DNA of 64,000 nucleotides from assembly GCF_018350175.1 (NCBI RefSeq), contig NC_058369.1, positions 27,716,001 to 27,780,000 of the forward strand, written 5' to 3'. Positions 1 through 13,148 of this stretch are shown one piece after another. Below the pieces are notes generated by a model. That model saw only the letters and a program-made list of their open reading frames with translations. It ran no database searches and was not told the origin of the DNA. Made by a program: the position numbers and the translations under genes. Source of the stretch: Felis catus (taxonomy: Eukaryota). Every line of letters begins with the position of its first letter. Within the stretch, counting starts at the first letter, position 1.

Positions 1-1719
1 AGGCATCATGCTTGCTCCCTCTCTCTCTCTTTTTGCCTCTCTCTCTCCCTCCCTCTCTCTCAGCATTTCTATTATGGATAATTTATTAAACCTTAAATTT
101 CTTTCCTATTTGTAAGTTTCAGCAAAATTTAGTCAGGTTTCAACACGGAGTGTCAAGGGATAATTAGGACAGTTAGCAGTAATTTATCATTTCTCAGCTG
201 GGTTTTCGAGCTTTTGCTGACTGCCGGTAGAAATCCGTTAGCCAGCTCTACCCAGATCACTATGAAATCTCCTTTATCTTTGTGCAAATTGCTTTTCTAT
301 TTTCCTGAAGTGAGCTGCAAGATGAGCCAATCCATTCCTGAAAACCTAGCCACTGGTGTGCCTGTCATCAGCATGAGGCAGAGCCCAGGGCTTCAGATGG
401 ATGATTACAGTGGCTAACAGATGATAGGGTGCTACAGGCTGCTCCCTCCCAACCTGCTGTGGATTAGAAACTGAAACTGGGCAGTCCGAATCCCATTAGA
501 TCTTCAGAAAATATGCAAAGGAATCCATGAACATGCCAATATACATGTTACAGGGCAAATCCTGCCTAGCAGCCCACCAAAGATGAAAAGCCGGGAGAAG
601 GCAGGGACAACAGTTCTGTACTACTTCTGTGTAAGAAGAGGATGTTATTAAGCCTGAACCAAAAAAGGGAGGACCTCCTGTTTTTGAGAGAGGCTCATTT
701 ACTAGATGGTGAAAAATGAATGCTCTGGGTAATTTCATTCTGAATTGATTTATTTCTAAATGGGGGGAAATTGACACTTGGTGAAAAGCGTAAAAAGCAC
801 GTTTCTGGGAAGAGCCAGCTAGTCTCAGGTATAATGCAATTATTTGAACACAGGAAATAAGAACACAGAAGGCAGGGTAGAAGGTCACCCAGGAAAGTCA
901 TTCCCCACAATGAACACTTTCCTTTCCCCCTTGTGACAGACGCTCAGAAAAGTATAAACTGACCCATATTTCCAGTTTATTTCTGGTGCCTAGCCTAACC
1001 CAATCAAAGTTCGCTTTTTAGAAATCCAACAGTTATTCTCAATTAGATTGCACAGCAAATTAAATCATAAATTTCTCTATCCTGGCCCTGGTTTGTCACA
1101 TTCCTAAAATACAACTTTGCTCCCCCTGGCACTTTATTTAAATCTCTGAGGCCAGGCCCCAAGGAAAGTTATAGATTTGATAATTTGCTAATGTGGCCAC
1201 AGTAATTGTTTGAGCCATATTTATGATTTTATTGGATCTTACAACAATCAATAATAATCCATTGATGTCCCTGACTTGGGTTTTCTCACAGTCGACAAAT
1301 GGGGCAGTGGATTCATTTTTAATGTACCCAACTCCCTCCCTAAGAGAGTCTTGCATATATTAATAAAGGCCAAGAAATGAATGGCATCAGTGAACATATC
1401 TTACCCTGAAGAATTAGCTGCAGGATAAGATTTAATGTTAAAAAATAAGGGGAAGAATAGACTAACAGGACCCATTTTGTACAGCACGACCATCATTAAA
1501 GTTAATGGAATTACCTTGTGGTCATGCACCAAAGGGAGCCTATTGGAAGTTAAGCTTTTCTAGGGCCATTGATTCTCAAACTTTCACTCAAGGATTCCCA
1601 TTGGCATGTGATGAGTATTGCAGATATGCAGAAGCACTTAATGCAAACTGCCAGTTAAGCATATTAAGGAGTAACAATAACTGAATATTTTAGAGCAGAT
1701 GATCTAGTTGAGGATATTT

Positions 1720-2050
1720 TCCACTGGAGGTAGCAGGAACTTCAACTTTAATGGATCAGCTAACCAAAAAGTCTGGAAGTGGTGCAGACTTCAGGACTGG
1801 TTAATTCAGCAACCTGGTAATGTCACCCAGGGTCCAACTTCTATCTCTGCCACTACACGCTCAGTATCTGCTTCATTCTATAGCAGACTGACCCATGAAT
1901 CCTAAGAGAGTTGTTGTAACTGTCAGGGTTACTGCTTCCTTATTCATATCCCTACCCACAGACAATGGATACAAGTTCTCCATGAGGCTGGGAACAACCA
2001 TCCCTAAAGCGAATGGAATCCTTAGGTGGCTTAGGTCAGGGTTTACTAAA
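1720..2050 (-). mobile_element. Old MLT1 (K/L-like) LTR fragment
   Basis: aaaagtctggaagtgg...ggttaattcagcaacctggtaatgtcacccagggtcca. Confidence 0.5.
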
Positions 2051-2079
2051 CTCATAAGTTGGCAGAGAGAAATGGCTTA

Positions 2080-2307
2080 GGGCAGGGATGAGGAAACTAC
2101 AGCCTTTGGAACAAATCTGGCCCATGGCCTGTTTTTTTTTTTTAATAAAGTTTTATTGGAATACAGCCATATTTATTTGTGCAAATTTATTTACATATTT
2201 TCTTTGGCGGCTTTCATGCTGCAAAGGCAAGGGTATTGTGCCACCTGGCCCCGAAAGCCTAAAATGCTTACTCTCTGGACATGTACGATAAAGTTTGCTG
2301 GCTCTTG
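2080..2307 (+). mobile_element. MER58A-like hAT-Charlie MITE
   Basis: caaatctggcccatggcctgttttt...aataaagttttattggaatacagcca...aagcctaaaatgcttactctctgg. Confidence 0.8.
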
Positions 2308-2594
2308 AATTACACCAAACAGGGTTCACACCTGTAGCTAGATGTGAATCCAATATTCAGATGGATTAAAACACACCCTGACTTCTTAACTGCTAAATAA
2401 TAGAGGAATAAAGAAAACAAGCCAGGAAGACAACCATAGTGCTCAAGATAGATATGAGACAAAATTATTCAAGTTCTGGAAAACTGGACTTAGAAACTTA
2501 AAAGCCAAATTAATTAAGGCGACCCATCACATGTGGCACACATGAAATACCCTCTGCCCTTGGAATATAATCCAAACACTGAACACATTAAAAA

Positions 2595-3215
2595 TTGAAT
2601 TAAAACCCCTTACCAGGGTGTACAAGGCCTGGCATAACTGCTTTCTTGTTCACTTTTCTCTGCCCCCAAATTCCTGCCCCCCAAGGACTTCAATCATCTC
2701 CTAGAACGTCCCAAGCTCATCACTTCTGTCTCTTCTGCCCAGAATGCTCTTTCTTCCACAGCTCTCCATCTGGATAGACCCTTATCATTTCTCAGGTCTC
2801 AGTTTACCTCTCCAGGAGAACTTTGCTGGCCACTCCACCGCCTTTCCTCCCTCCATGTTCTTCCTTTCACAGCACCATGGTACCACCTTTTTAATACTGC
2901 TCAAAGCTTGCAATTATTTTATGCATTCACTGGGTGTAGAGGAAGTTGGACAAGTAGGGTGAGGGCTCTTCCTTGGCTGCTTGTTCTTCCATGGCACCTC
3001 AGTGCCTGGCAGCACCTAAGTATAGTAGGTGCTCAATAAACCCTTCTTGGGAGAGGGCACTACAAAATTCCCACAATCTCTCAGTCTTCTTCTACTCTAG
3101 CACTTATTTCAGAGACTGCCCTTAAAGATAGGGACTATGCCTCACTCTTCTTTGTCTGACAGGGCCTGTGACAATACCTGGAACATAGTAGGCACTGGAA
3201 GAATAAATTAAAATA
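2595..3215 (+). mobile_element. L2 3' end fragments
   Basis: tctgcccagaatgctctttc...agtgcctggca...tagtaggtgctcaataaa; a second end at cctggaacatagtaggcact. Confidence 0.75.
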
Positions 3216-4628
3216 ACAACAGAATGTTAGATAATAAAACATGAGCAGACAGAATGCTCACTCCTTGGGAGTTAGGAACAGGATACCTTTGGTAGTGAGG
3301 AGATGCTCATTGTCAAACACAGATTGGAGCTGTATAAAACTAGAAGTGTTTCCCTCAGTGTGCACTGGGTTTCCAGAGAGAGAGAGGAAGATGACAGACC
3401 AATTTAAAGGCTACTGACAGGGATCATTTGCACAACAGGTGATGATACCACGTGCCTTCCAAGGTCATTTGCCCTTCTGGGATTCTCTGAGTTATCCAGG
3501 CTCTGAGTTTCTTCCTCAAGGGTGACTCTCATCTCTGGTCATCTGATGGCAGAGCTGAGCTTGGAATCATATTTACTCCTTCCATGGATGAATCGTTTTG
3601 TCAAAATTATACTGCTAGAACCTGATTACATCTAGGAATTTATACCATTTACAACCAACAGATGAATTGAAACAAATAAAAGGCCCTGCTGGGTTGTTTA
3701 TCACAGTCCCGGTATACAAAGCACGGTAAGAAAATATTTTTCAGGTAACAAGTACTGATGTATAGACCCTATGGTGGGATATTTGGATGTGAACATTAGG
3801 ATAAATGGATTTCATCACGAAGTAAAAGAGTATTTGGTGAGTTCACGTTGTTCATTCAACAATGTTTATTCTTCTAAACCACTTTGGGCAAGATCAACAA
3901 CCTAAACAACTTCATGTTGACTTTTCATGTAACATCAGGAACAAGAGAGGCTTATTTAAGAGAATAAGCTACCAGGGAAAGAAAGGGGAGTTTTCGTTAC
4001 CAGCACCCCAAAGTATCATCTGTATGTAGAATGAGCCCAGAGGGATTCCAGACCATCAGTTTTGTCTTTTCCCCCTGAGGTTTGGGATTAATATGACTCA
4101 GGAGGCTTCCAGAGATGTACACCTCAATTTTCCTGATCTTGGTAGATGAATAGCCTCTCTAGAAAGGGAATCCTCTAGGAGACCGCAGGTGTAGTACTGA
4201 TGCCTCGCGGCATGTGAAGATTTCAAAATTATCCTTTCCCAGCACTAACATAATTCATACTGAGGGAGGGGGCAGAAATTCTCACTGTGTTTAGCCCAAG
4301 GGCCATTACAGATTCTCACCAACCCAGAATTTTTCACGTGAATGTCATTAGGAAGGTGATTATTCTAATTCTTCCATTTCTGGAGCTCTGCAGGCTGCCA
4401 TGTCCATTATTCATTAACCTGGTTTCCATTTGACCCAGACTTAGTCATCAAATCCTTACTATTCCAGCTGCTTTTGTATCTTAAGAATTAATTTACTGAT
4501 GGTTTCAGCATAAAAGGCAAAGAGGAGCCCCTTCAAGGGACTCAATGATTTAGGATGGATATGGCAGCAAGAATCAAGCCTAGGCCACTTTGACCAAGAA
4601 TCAAAATGTATTTATAGAAATATGTTAA

Positions 4629-4842
4629 GGGGTGCCTGGTGGCTCAGTTGGTTCAGTGTCCAACTCTTGATTTTGGCTCAGGTTATGATCTCGCAATTTG
4701 TGAGTTTGAGCCCCACATTAGGCTCCATGCTGACAGCACAGAGCCTGCTTAGGATCCTCTCTCTCCCTCGCTCATGCTTGTGCATGCACGCTCTCTCTCT
4801 CTCTCTCAAAATAATAAATTAAAAAAAAAACTTAAAAAAAAA
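4629..4842 (+). mobile_element. CAN-SINE (SINEC, tRNA-derived), older copy
   Basis: ggggtgcctggtggctcagttggtt head, (CT)n, A-rich tail, degenerate TSD agaaatat. Confidence 0.92.
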
Positions 4843-6417
4843 GAAATATATGAAAACAGCTGTTCCTAAATCTGGGCAACATCAAAATCAACTGCGGGCT
4901 TTTCAGAAATCTATATTATGGGCCCCATTATCAGAGAATTGAACATAGGTGTGAGAATCAGTTATTTGCTAAAGATAATAAAGGAACAAGAATGAATTAT
5001 AATAGTCATTTATTGATGGAAAACCTTTCAGTGGGACCCCTGTGAAATAAAAAGTATAGACAAAGCTGTATATTTCTTTTGAAAATACATTTAAAATATC
5101 AGTAATATTACAAACTATAAATAATGTGATGAACAAATGGGTACACATTACCCATATTAAAAATAAAAGAGATCTATGGAGTTGAAGGCTACTGGGTACC
5201 CGTGACATCCCACGGTGCACTCCTTCTCCTTAATGTTTCCACGTAAGGGAATCCCAACCCTCTTTGTGTCCATATCTCTAAGCAATATTACCCATCTGCA
5301 TTTTTACAGTTAAGATACAGAGCCTATAAGTAATCTGCCTCTGTATTTTGTTATTTCTGCTGTTAATAATTCCTGAAATAGAAGTTTGTAATATCATCTG
5401 TATCTGATTCAGCTACAATGTCCAGTTTCAACCAAACCACACATTATTTAATGGACATTCACCCCTCAGTCTACATTTAAGGTGTGTGGTGTGGTTTATG
5501 ACAAATGGCTCATCTACTGAGACTGACATGGACATTTACATTTCATCAAAACTGAATCCTCATCACATGATTAGTCTGAGTTTATTTTGCCTTTTCTCTC
5601 ATCCCCCCCCCCTTGATTTTTGTTTGTTTGTTTGTTCAAATGTTGGCCAAGCTAATTATTTAGATGCCACAGGTTGAAAACTTTAAACCTACAATGATCT
5701 AGTTAAATGGAATGAGAGAATTATACACATTATTTCCCAGGCTAGAAACATACAGAGCAAAATACCAAGAGAGAAATTCCTTCAGTGATTACTTACTGAG
5801 CACCTACTATTCCACACTAAAATGACGACAGTGAGTGACAGCCCTTACTGCATCAACAGAGTTAAGAAAGTGACTCTGAATAATGACACCTTACATTTAT
5901 GTAGCATTTTAGGGTCTACAGAGCACTTTGCTTTTCACAGGATATTTCACTTGACAGTGATTAAATAAAACCCCCAAACTGAACATCAGGTGTAAAAGAC
6001 AGTCTACTGAGATCTATAAAACATTGACATTAAGAATGTATCTGCCGCATTTCTGTGCTACGTATCCCAAAATAAATTTAACAGCCAAATATCCACTTTG
6101 CTTATGTCAGGGCCTCCAATTACTAAAGAAATTTGTTTGGTAGCACTAATGAAAAATTAAACACCTAAAACATATAATTCTGCTATAAACTGGCATACAG
6201 TAATAAAACAGCATTTAGTTTGGTTGACCTTTACCTGTATAATAAAGTTAAACAGAGAGAATCCTGTGGGTATTTTTAGGGAGAAACTAATATTATTCTA
6301 AGCAGAGAAAAATAATGCAGATTAATTTGTGTTATGGGTGAAAATATATTTACAAAACCTCTCCTTGTGCATCTTCCCCTGTGCTTATTGGGTGCAAGGT
6401 GCTTTTAGGAACAGCTG

Positions 6418-6595
6418 GCTGCATGATATAATGGAGAGGGGCTCTCAGACAGGCCTGGGTTTGAATCTTTGCTCTACTACCTGTCAGTTGTGTATGGTGT
6501 GATTTGTTACTCTACCTCTATAAACCTCAGTTTCCTCACGTATAAAATATCACTGCCTACTTTTGAGGGTTATGAGGACTCAGTGAAAATTATAA
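6418..6595 (+). mobile_element. MIR
   Basis: cctgggtttgaatc...cctcagtttcctcacgtataaaat...gggttatgagga core. Confidence 0.8.
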
Positions 6596-6605
6596 AACTA
6601 GAACA

Positions 6606-6850
6606 AACATTTATTTAGATGTATTGCATACCAAGTACTGTTTTGAAAACATTTACATACATTAAGCCACTTAGTCTTTGCAACACCCCTAGGAGGAAGG
6701 GTATCACTGAGGCCCTCGTGTTATCAATTTATAAATGGATGGTGGGGCTAGGAAAGGTTAACTTTTGCTGGGTCATACACCTGGTAGGTGACAGCTCTGG
6801 GACTGAAACCAGGTCATCTGTCTCTCCATCAGTATGTTGGAATGCTGATG
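6606..6850 (-). mobile_element. MIR (tail-to-tail with the previous MIR)
   Basis: acatttatttag...caacacccctaggaggaagg...ggtcatacacctggtaggtgacagctctgggactgaaaccaggtc. Confidence 0.75.
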
Positions 6851-7047
6851 CCATTTTCCCTCTATCCTCACTCCATTTCCAGAATCCCTCAACCCATCCA
6901 CTGAAGTTGCCTGTGACAGTGAAAGGACAGAGAAAATAAAAAACACATAGTAACCAGAAAACACCTGATTAATTAATGCCTGGTTAAATTCTCTTTCAGT
7001 GTTTTTTCATGACATCATGCAAATCAAAACCGATCATTTCGAAATAA

Positions 7048-7049
<2 letters not shown>

Positions 7050-7088
<39 letters not shown>
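7050..7088. repeat. (CA)n microsatellite
   Basis: Direct reading. Confidence 0.97.
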
Positions 7089-7090
<2 letters not shown>

Positions 7091-7644
7091 CACAATGATT
7101 TGATACCTACTTAGAAGAAGGCTTGAGGCTTAGTAGAAGAGAGGAACTTTCCCATAGGAGACAGGCAGGCTCATGGTCCCTTCTCCTGCCGACAGACCCA
7201 GGGACCAGAAGTTTTGTCCCCAAGTCCCCAGAAGGGTAACAAACTCATCCCTACCTGAGCACTGAAATTGTTTTTGGTTTACTAAATTCAGGCAAATGGG
7301 ATTCATTCTGAGAAAAGAGATATAAATTGTAAGCCAATTCCACAAGAGAAAAGCTACCACATCCTTAAAATACTGATTTTTCGGGCAGTAAATGCAGGCA
7401 TTAGGCATAAACATAGGCAAGGCACTTTCTATCATGGCTTTAAGCAAAGGATAAAAGTTCTCTGGCAAATTACAACTCTTGTGAAATTTCTTTCATTATG
7501 AAAATAATAAATAACAGTCAAGAAAAATCATTTTTACTCTCAAAATGTCAGTTTCTCCATTCGGTGGACACCAAATTTTAGGAATTCATTTGGGTTGAAA
7601 GCAAGGAGCTCTGTTGAAAGTCCTCCATATCTTCTCATCACTTC

Positions 7645-7820
7645 TTTGCTAAGTTGTGCACTGGAATAAGGTGTGCATGGGAATCACCTAATGTTTGTTA
7701 AAATGCAGAGTCCTGGGTCCCACACCAGACCTACTGAATCAGCATAGGGGGCAGGCAGGTTTGTATTTTGTGAAAACCTATTTCAAGTAACTGTAAAGTA
7801 TACTGTCAGTTTAGAACCAT
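7645..7820. mobile_element. MER5-like hAT-Charlie MITE
   Basis: gaatcacct...tgttaaaatgcagagtcctgggtcccacaccagacctactgaatcag. Confidence 0.75.
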
Positions 7821-8305
7821 GACTTACCCATTACCAGAGGAGTAGAGCAGCGGATAAAAAAATATATCAGGGTAGAGATTTTTCCCCCCAATTATTAAGG
7901 CAGATTTCTGAATGTTCAACTGGTCACTTTTGTAATAAATTCAAAGTCAGTATTCAAACAGCACAAGTCCTCTTACCAGAAGAAAGCTTTCTCAAGAGTT
8001 TAAGCAAAATGGCAAAAGTCAACAGTGACAACTCAGTGTATAACTGTGAACTCATCAGGGCCGCAATCTCAATGCCAAGTATGTTCTCCTAAAGCCCAGT
8101 CTTTGCCTATGTTACAAAAGAAACATAAGAAAACTGAGGGTAAGATTAATATTAAGAAACATGAACAAGGTCCCAGGGATAGTGGCCTAGGCTCTCTATT
8201 CATGTTGGTTTCTCCTCATCATCACTCAACACAATAGATAGGGTTCCCTCCATTTTAAAACTGAAGATGAAATAAAAATAATTTTTAGAAAATTTTTAAA
8301 AAGGG

Positions 8306-8534
8306 GGGGCACCTCGGTGGCTCAGTTGGTTGAGCGTCTGACTTTGGCTCTGGCCATGATCTCGCAGTTCACAAGTTTGAGCCCTATGTCAGGCTCAGTG
8401 CTGACAGCTCAGAGCCTGGAGCCTGCTTCAAATTCTGTGTCTCCCTCTCTCTCTGCCCCTCCCCTGCTCATGCTCTGTCTCTGTCTCTCTCTAAAAAATT
8501 TTTTAAAAAATTAAAATTTTCTAAAAAAAGAAAG
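8306..8534 (+). mobile_element. CAN-SINE inserted into a MIR
   Basis: ggggcacctcggtggctcagttggttgagcg head, CT-rich body, A-tail; TSD-like aaaa(c/g)tgaaga(t/c)gaa at 8257 and 8535. Confidence 0.93.
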
Positions 8535-11109
8535 AAAAGTGAAGACGAAGACGTTCAGAGATGCTAAGAGTCCTGCCCAAGTCATACAGTAAAATAATAG
8601 ACCTAATATTCCCATGGAACCTCTGATTGACGCCAAAGTGCATTAACTACTGAACTTCATGAAGAGCTACAATATCCTCTATGTTCATGAATTGAAATGA
8701 TGACCAAATCTCTATGTGGAAAATCTCTTCTAGGACCATAGAGACCCTTCAGTGAATGGAACAGTTGTTTTTATCTTTATTTTAATTTTTAAATCACACT
8801 TTTTCAAAGAATTCCTTTTCTTGTTCTTTCTTAAGCAATCTGAAAAGTAATTGCTAATATATCAATAGTTATTAAGATATTTCCCACTGCCTTAATATTA
8901 TAAAATGAACTATCTAAGTAGGGGATTCAATTCCATAACCACAAAAAAGGATAAACAAGCACATTCTATAAATAGTTCTTATGAGATTCCAGATTGCCTG
9001 CCTGCCATAAATTTCTCTCTTTAATATACCTAAAACACCCTCCCACCCAAAGATGCACATATTAATTTCTCTAAAAGATAGCTCACATTAAACTTACTAT
9101 GGAGCATCCCTTTTAAAAGACTGAGCACTGCCTTTAATGATTTGGCTAGTTGAAATTACATTTTGGAATATGGTTTGGCAACCTGATGAGTAGAAATTCT
9201 GGTCTTTGTCAGTGATGCCTGAGATATAGGAGATTCTTGACAAAAATCCCAGGAAACTCAGACAGACCCCTGACTACACACTGAAATACAAGTACATATC
9301 ATCTGCTGCTTCATGTTCATTCACATTAGAAACTTACGAGTAGATTTGCTCTCTCAAGCAAAGACCCATTATCTTCCCCATTCTTTTCCCCATACCACCC
9401 AAAAGAGCCATCGTAGACAGTGACAAAATGCAAGTCCTCAAAAAAGCTAACATTCTTGAGGGACTAAGGAAACATAGGTACAGAAACAAAAATAACCACA
9501 CAAATCAAAAAAACAGTGAAGAATGCCTTGAAGGAAATCAAATAAGGCAACAAGATAGGGAATAAAGGCTTTATTGAGCAGAGCCACTTCAGATGGGTGA
9601 TGGGGGTCAGAAAAGACTAACAATACAGCAACATATGGCTGTACCTGTATATACATGTATATGTATATACAGTGATATGTATATACATGTATATGTATAT
9701 TGCAATACATGCCTAAAACCAGAAAAAAAGAGGTTGTTTCTCAAGACTGCAGGACATTCAAATCATTGCAATTATCACTGGGTAAATAGCAGCACTCTAC
9801 TACTTTTAAATTCAAAAGGAGACTGAATAATCAACTGAAACGTAAGAGGTCACTTTTTACTTCCATATTTCCCCTTCCTGCTATGAATCACTTACTGAGT
9901 AAGCAAGTCCACCCTTGTTCTTTGCAAAGCAGAATTTAAAGCCCCTGAAACAAACAAACAAAAAGCCCTAAAGTGGCACCACGTTCAAGTGTCTAGCTCA
10001 GTGGTACACCTTCACTAACAATAACAACAGTTGCTTCAGGGGAAGAGATCATTACTGGGCTTATTGTTATTACCACCCGGCATGAGACACAAATGGTTTC
10101 GAACCCAGACATTGGGCAGAATACCAAGAGTCAGACACACAGGCAAAGACGAAGCCAACAGTCACTGCGCTTTCCGCGGCAGGCTGTCAAATGCTACCCT
10201 GAAATGCACAACTGTGTGAATTTCAAAACATGAAATGCTCAGTCTTGAACTGCAGTTTTCAGAACCAGGCAGCTGAATATTGAAGGTGCTGCCTTGCTCC
10301 CTGGAGGGGCTGGCTTTTATATGGCTGGTTTCCACACGGCAGGGGTATGTGGCCATTACCAGCTATTTTATCAGCATAAAGTAACAAGACTGAGAAACAG
10401 CCACACTCTGAAAAGACTCATATTATGTGCTGGTGCACAATGAAGATTCCCAAGCCCAAACCACAAAGATTCTAAATCAATTGATTTAGCATAAGAACTA
10501 AGAGTCCACTTCTTTTTGGTTTAACTAACACCAAAATTAATTTTTATGCAGGTAGTATAAGGATTGCACTTGGAAAAACATAGATTGGACAACATCACAT
10601 ATGCAAAGTTGGCCTAAAAGGACAGTTTTCACAACTTTGTCATACACTCACATACACCTATGTGTCATACACATAGGTTTCCATATGCATGTGCATGGTT
10701 GTTCTTTTAGCCATTTTATCATCTACAAAGGATTTAAGATGCAGCCCCCCCCCCCAAATTCATATTGGGGGAATTCTGTGATTAGGCCGGAAACAGCTGA
10801 AAGATGTCCAAAGCAATACAATCTACTGATTAAAAAATATAGAATTGTTAAAAAATATTAACTTATACTAAGTAACAGTGGTGATGGTGATAATAATCAC
10901 ATTCAACAATTCATATATAAGTCCTATAGGCCAAAAATTACTCCATCATCCTCACCAATGAGGCTGACAAAACCGTGAACATTTTTGGTTGGATAACTGG
11001 GGACACCAAAAAAGTAGTCACTGTTAGAATCAGAGAGTCCTTAGCCAGGGTGTGCAGTTCTGCTAGACTTGGTGTTTGGTGACATTTTTTTTTTACTGTG
11101 TTTTATTAC

Positions 11110-11352
11110 TATTCTTAATTGAGATACAATTCAAATACCATAACATTTTCCATGTTAAAATATACATTTTCCATATTAAAATACACATTTCAGTAGGTTT
11201 TAGAATATTCATAATGCAGCATGAATATCACCACTATCTAATTCCACAACATTTTCATCACCCTAAAAAAGAAATCCTTACCCCTTAGCTGTCATTCCCC
11301 ATGCCCTCCTTTCATCAGCTGCTGGAAATCACTTATCTACTTATTGTCTCTA
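11110..11352 (-). mobile_element. Old L1 3' end (L1MB-like)
   Basis: taattgagatacaattc...caacattttcatcaccctaaaaaagaaatcc...ctactttattgtctcta. Confidence 0.8.
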
Positions 11353-11701
11353 TTCAACGCCTGCTTATATAGAACATAATTTTAATCCTTCATTCAGAAC
11401 CAAAATGAAATTGTGAGATTATATTACCTATATATACATATAAGCTTTAAATGTGTTTAATATGTACCTATTATCAATCTGTGCATTTCATTTGATCTAG
11501 TTTGTACATGCTCCCCTGTTATTAGCTGTGTTCCTACCGGCATACTTCCATATTTGAACGAATTCCATCAGATAGTGTGTTCAGTACTTAAATCTGGTGT
11601 TGTCAGGATTGACAATTACATACTGAGTTTAAAAAAAAAAAAAACAAAAAACTAGCAACCAGATTTAAACTTTGTGCTTTGTAGTTCATGAAACAATTTC
11701 A

Positions 11702-11916
11702 GGGGACGCCTGGGTGGCTCAGTCGGTTAAGCTTCTGACTCTTGATTTTGGTTCATGTCATTATCTCACAGTTTGTGAGACCAAGCCCTGTATCAGGCTC
11801 TGCACTGAGCACGGAAATTGTTTAAGATTCTCTCTCTCTCCCTCTCCCTCTGCCCCTCCCCTGCTCATGCTCTCTCTCTTAAAAAGAAAAGAAAAGAAAA
11901 GAAAAGAAAAGAAAAG

Positions 11917-11947
<31 letters not shown>

Positions 11948-11950
11948 GAA
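11702..11950 (+). mobile_element. CAN-SINE with tail expanded into a (GAAAA)n microsatellite
   Basis: ggggacgcctgggtggctcagtcggttaag head; (GAAAA)n at ~11881-11950. Confidence 0.93.
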
Positions 11951-13118
11951 GGAAGGATGAATGAATTTCAAAAAGAAGCTGCTCATTATACTCTTTTTGG
12001 TGTCTACATATGTAGAAGCCTGGCATGGGGGCTGGACAGTGGGGTGGAAGAAAGAGGCGAGTCCCCTCTGTCCCTATTACATCATGTGTCTGGAGCAATC
12101 AGGAGGACAGCTCCTTTTTATCGTAAGGAATTTGGTGGCAATCCCTATAGAACATTTGCTCCTTAGGAGGACTTCCCAAAGTACTTTTAAAAGTCCCACA
12201 GTAGCTATGTTAAACAGTAAAGCCATATGCGAACTAATACCAAAAAGAGACTGTGTTTTTTTGGTACTGCTTTGTGCCAAGTATTACCTTGTCTGTTCAT
12301 AGCCAGTCTCGCAGTGATAAAACCTTATTTTGCAAAGTATAACATTAGCACCCCAGTTCAACTTCCCTCTGATTTCTAGCACTGAAAAAAATAGCCATTT
12401 CTGTGATTTGGGCATAGGACCTAACTGCAGAGGAAGTTGCATTTGTATGAAGGGGGCTGAAACCCAGCCTCAGCATCAGCCAAAGTTTTATTCTTTTATT
12501 TTACTTTACTAGGAAAGTAGAGAGTATCCTAATAAATCCTCCTTTCCTCTTTTAGCACACTTAAAAACCCATCTTCAAGCTCCACCGACTCCATTAGGTT
12601 AGAACTTTAGTATTAAGTACAAAGGGAGGAAAAGTATAGGTGTGTGGGTGGAGAGAAGGAGAGAAGGAGAAAAGAGCCAGCACGTGGAGAACAACTCGCT
12701 TAGCCTGTCGCTCAAGAATGAGGAGGCTGTGTGAAGAACCAGAAGGCCTGTCAAAGATATCTCAGCTTCAAATGGGACCCGCCAGTCCACACAGGGCTCA
12801 CATGCTGTTTCTGAGATACTACCTCACTTGAATCCTTTTGACTTCAGTTTCTGTTTTAGGACTTCTTGATTTAGCTTCTGTTTTAGCATTTACACAAGAA
12901 TAATTTTACTACAAAAGGTAAATGTCTTGTAAACTAATGGGAAACATATTGCTTGGCATAGTTTATAATGTCAGGATTTATGGCTCTAACACTGAGGGTC
13001 TCTCTGACCTCAAAGATAACATAATGAACCAGCAATGTGCTGCAAATGGCTCAGTGTGATTTTTATTAGTTCTCATAATTGCCCCTTATTAATTTGTATG
13101 CACGTAATAAGCACTCAC

Positions 13119-13148
13119 CTTCACAGTCTGCCCGGCTTCAGGGCCATC
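13119..13148 (-). CDS. FHIT: FHIT 30-nt coding exon (human exon 7 equivalent), phase 0-0
   Basis: The reverse complement GAT GGC CCT GAA GCC GGG CAG ACT GTG AAG = DGPEAGQTVK continues the upstream exon in frame and precedes the HVHVH triad. Acceptor ttttttttctcctacttctag|, donor |gtgagtgc. Confidence 0.98.

Larger units (their letters stand above)
1..13118 (-). other. FHIT: FHIT intron 7, 5' portion (extends beyond the window)
   Basis: Starts with GTGAGT after exon 7. I found no HVHVHVLPR exon in 1-13118. Confidence 0.88.

Noticed and set aside
9980..10110. tRNA-like motifs (tagctcagtggta; ggtttcgaacccag)
   Set aside because: The A-box-like and B-box-like motifs are on opposite strands and no cloverleaf can be built.
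11672..12166. 164-aa ORF with a KRKEK run
   Set aside because: Read-through of a SINE and its (GAAAA)n tail.
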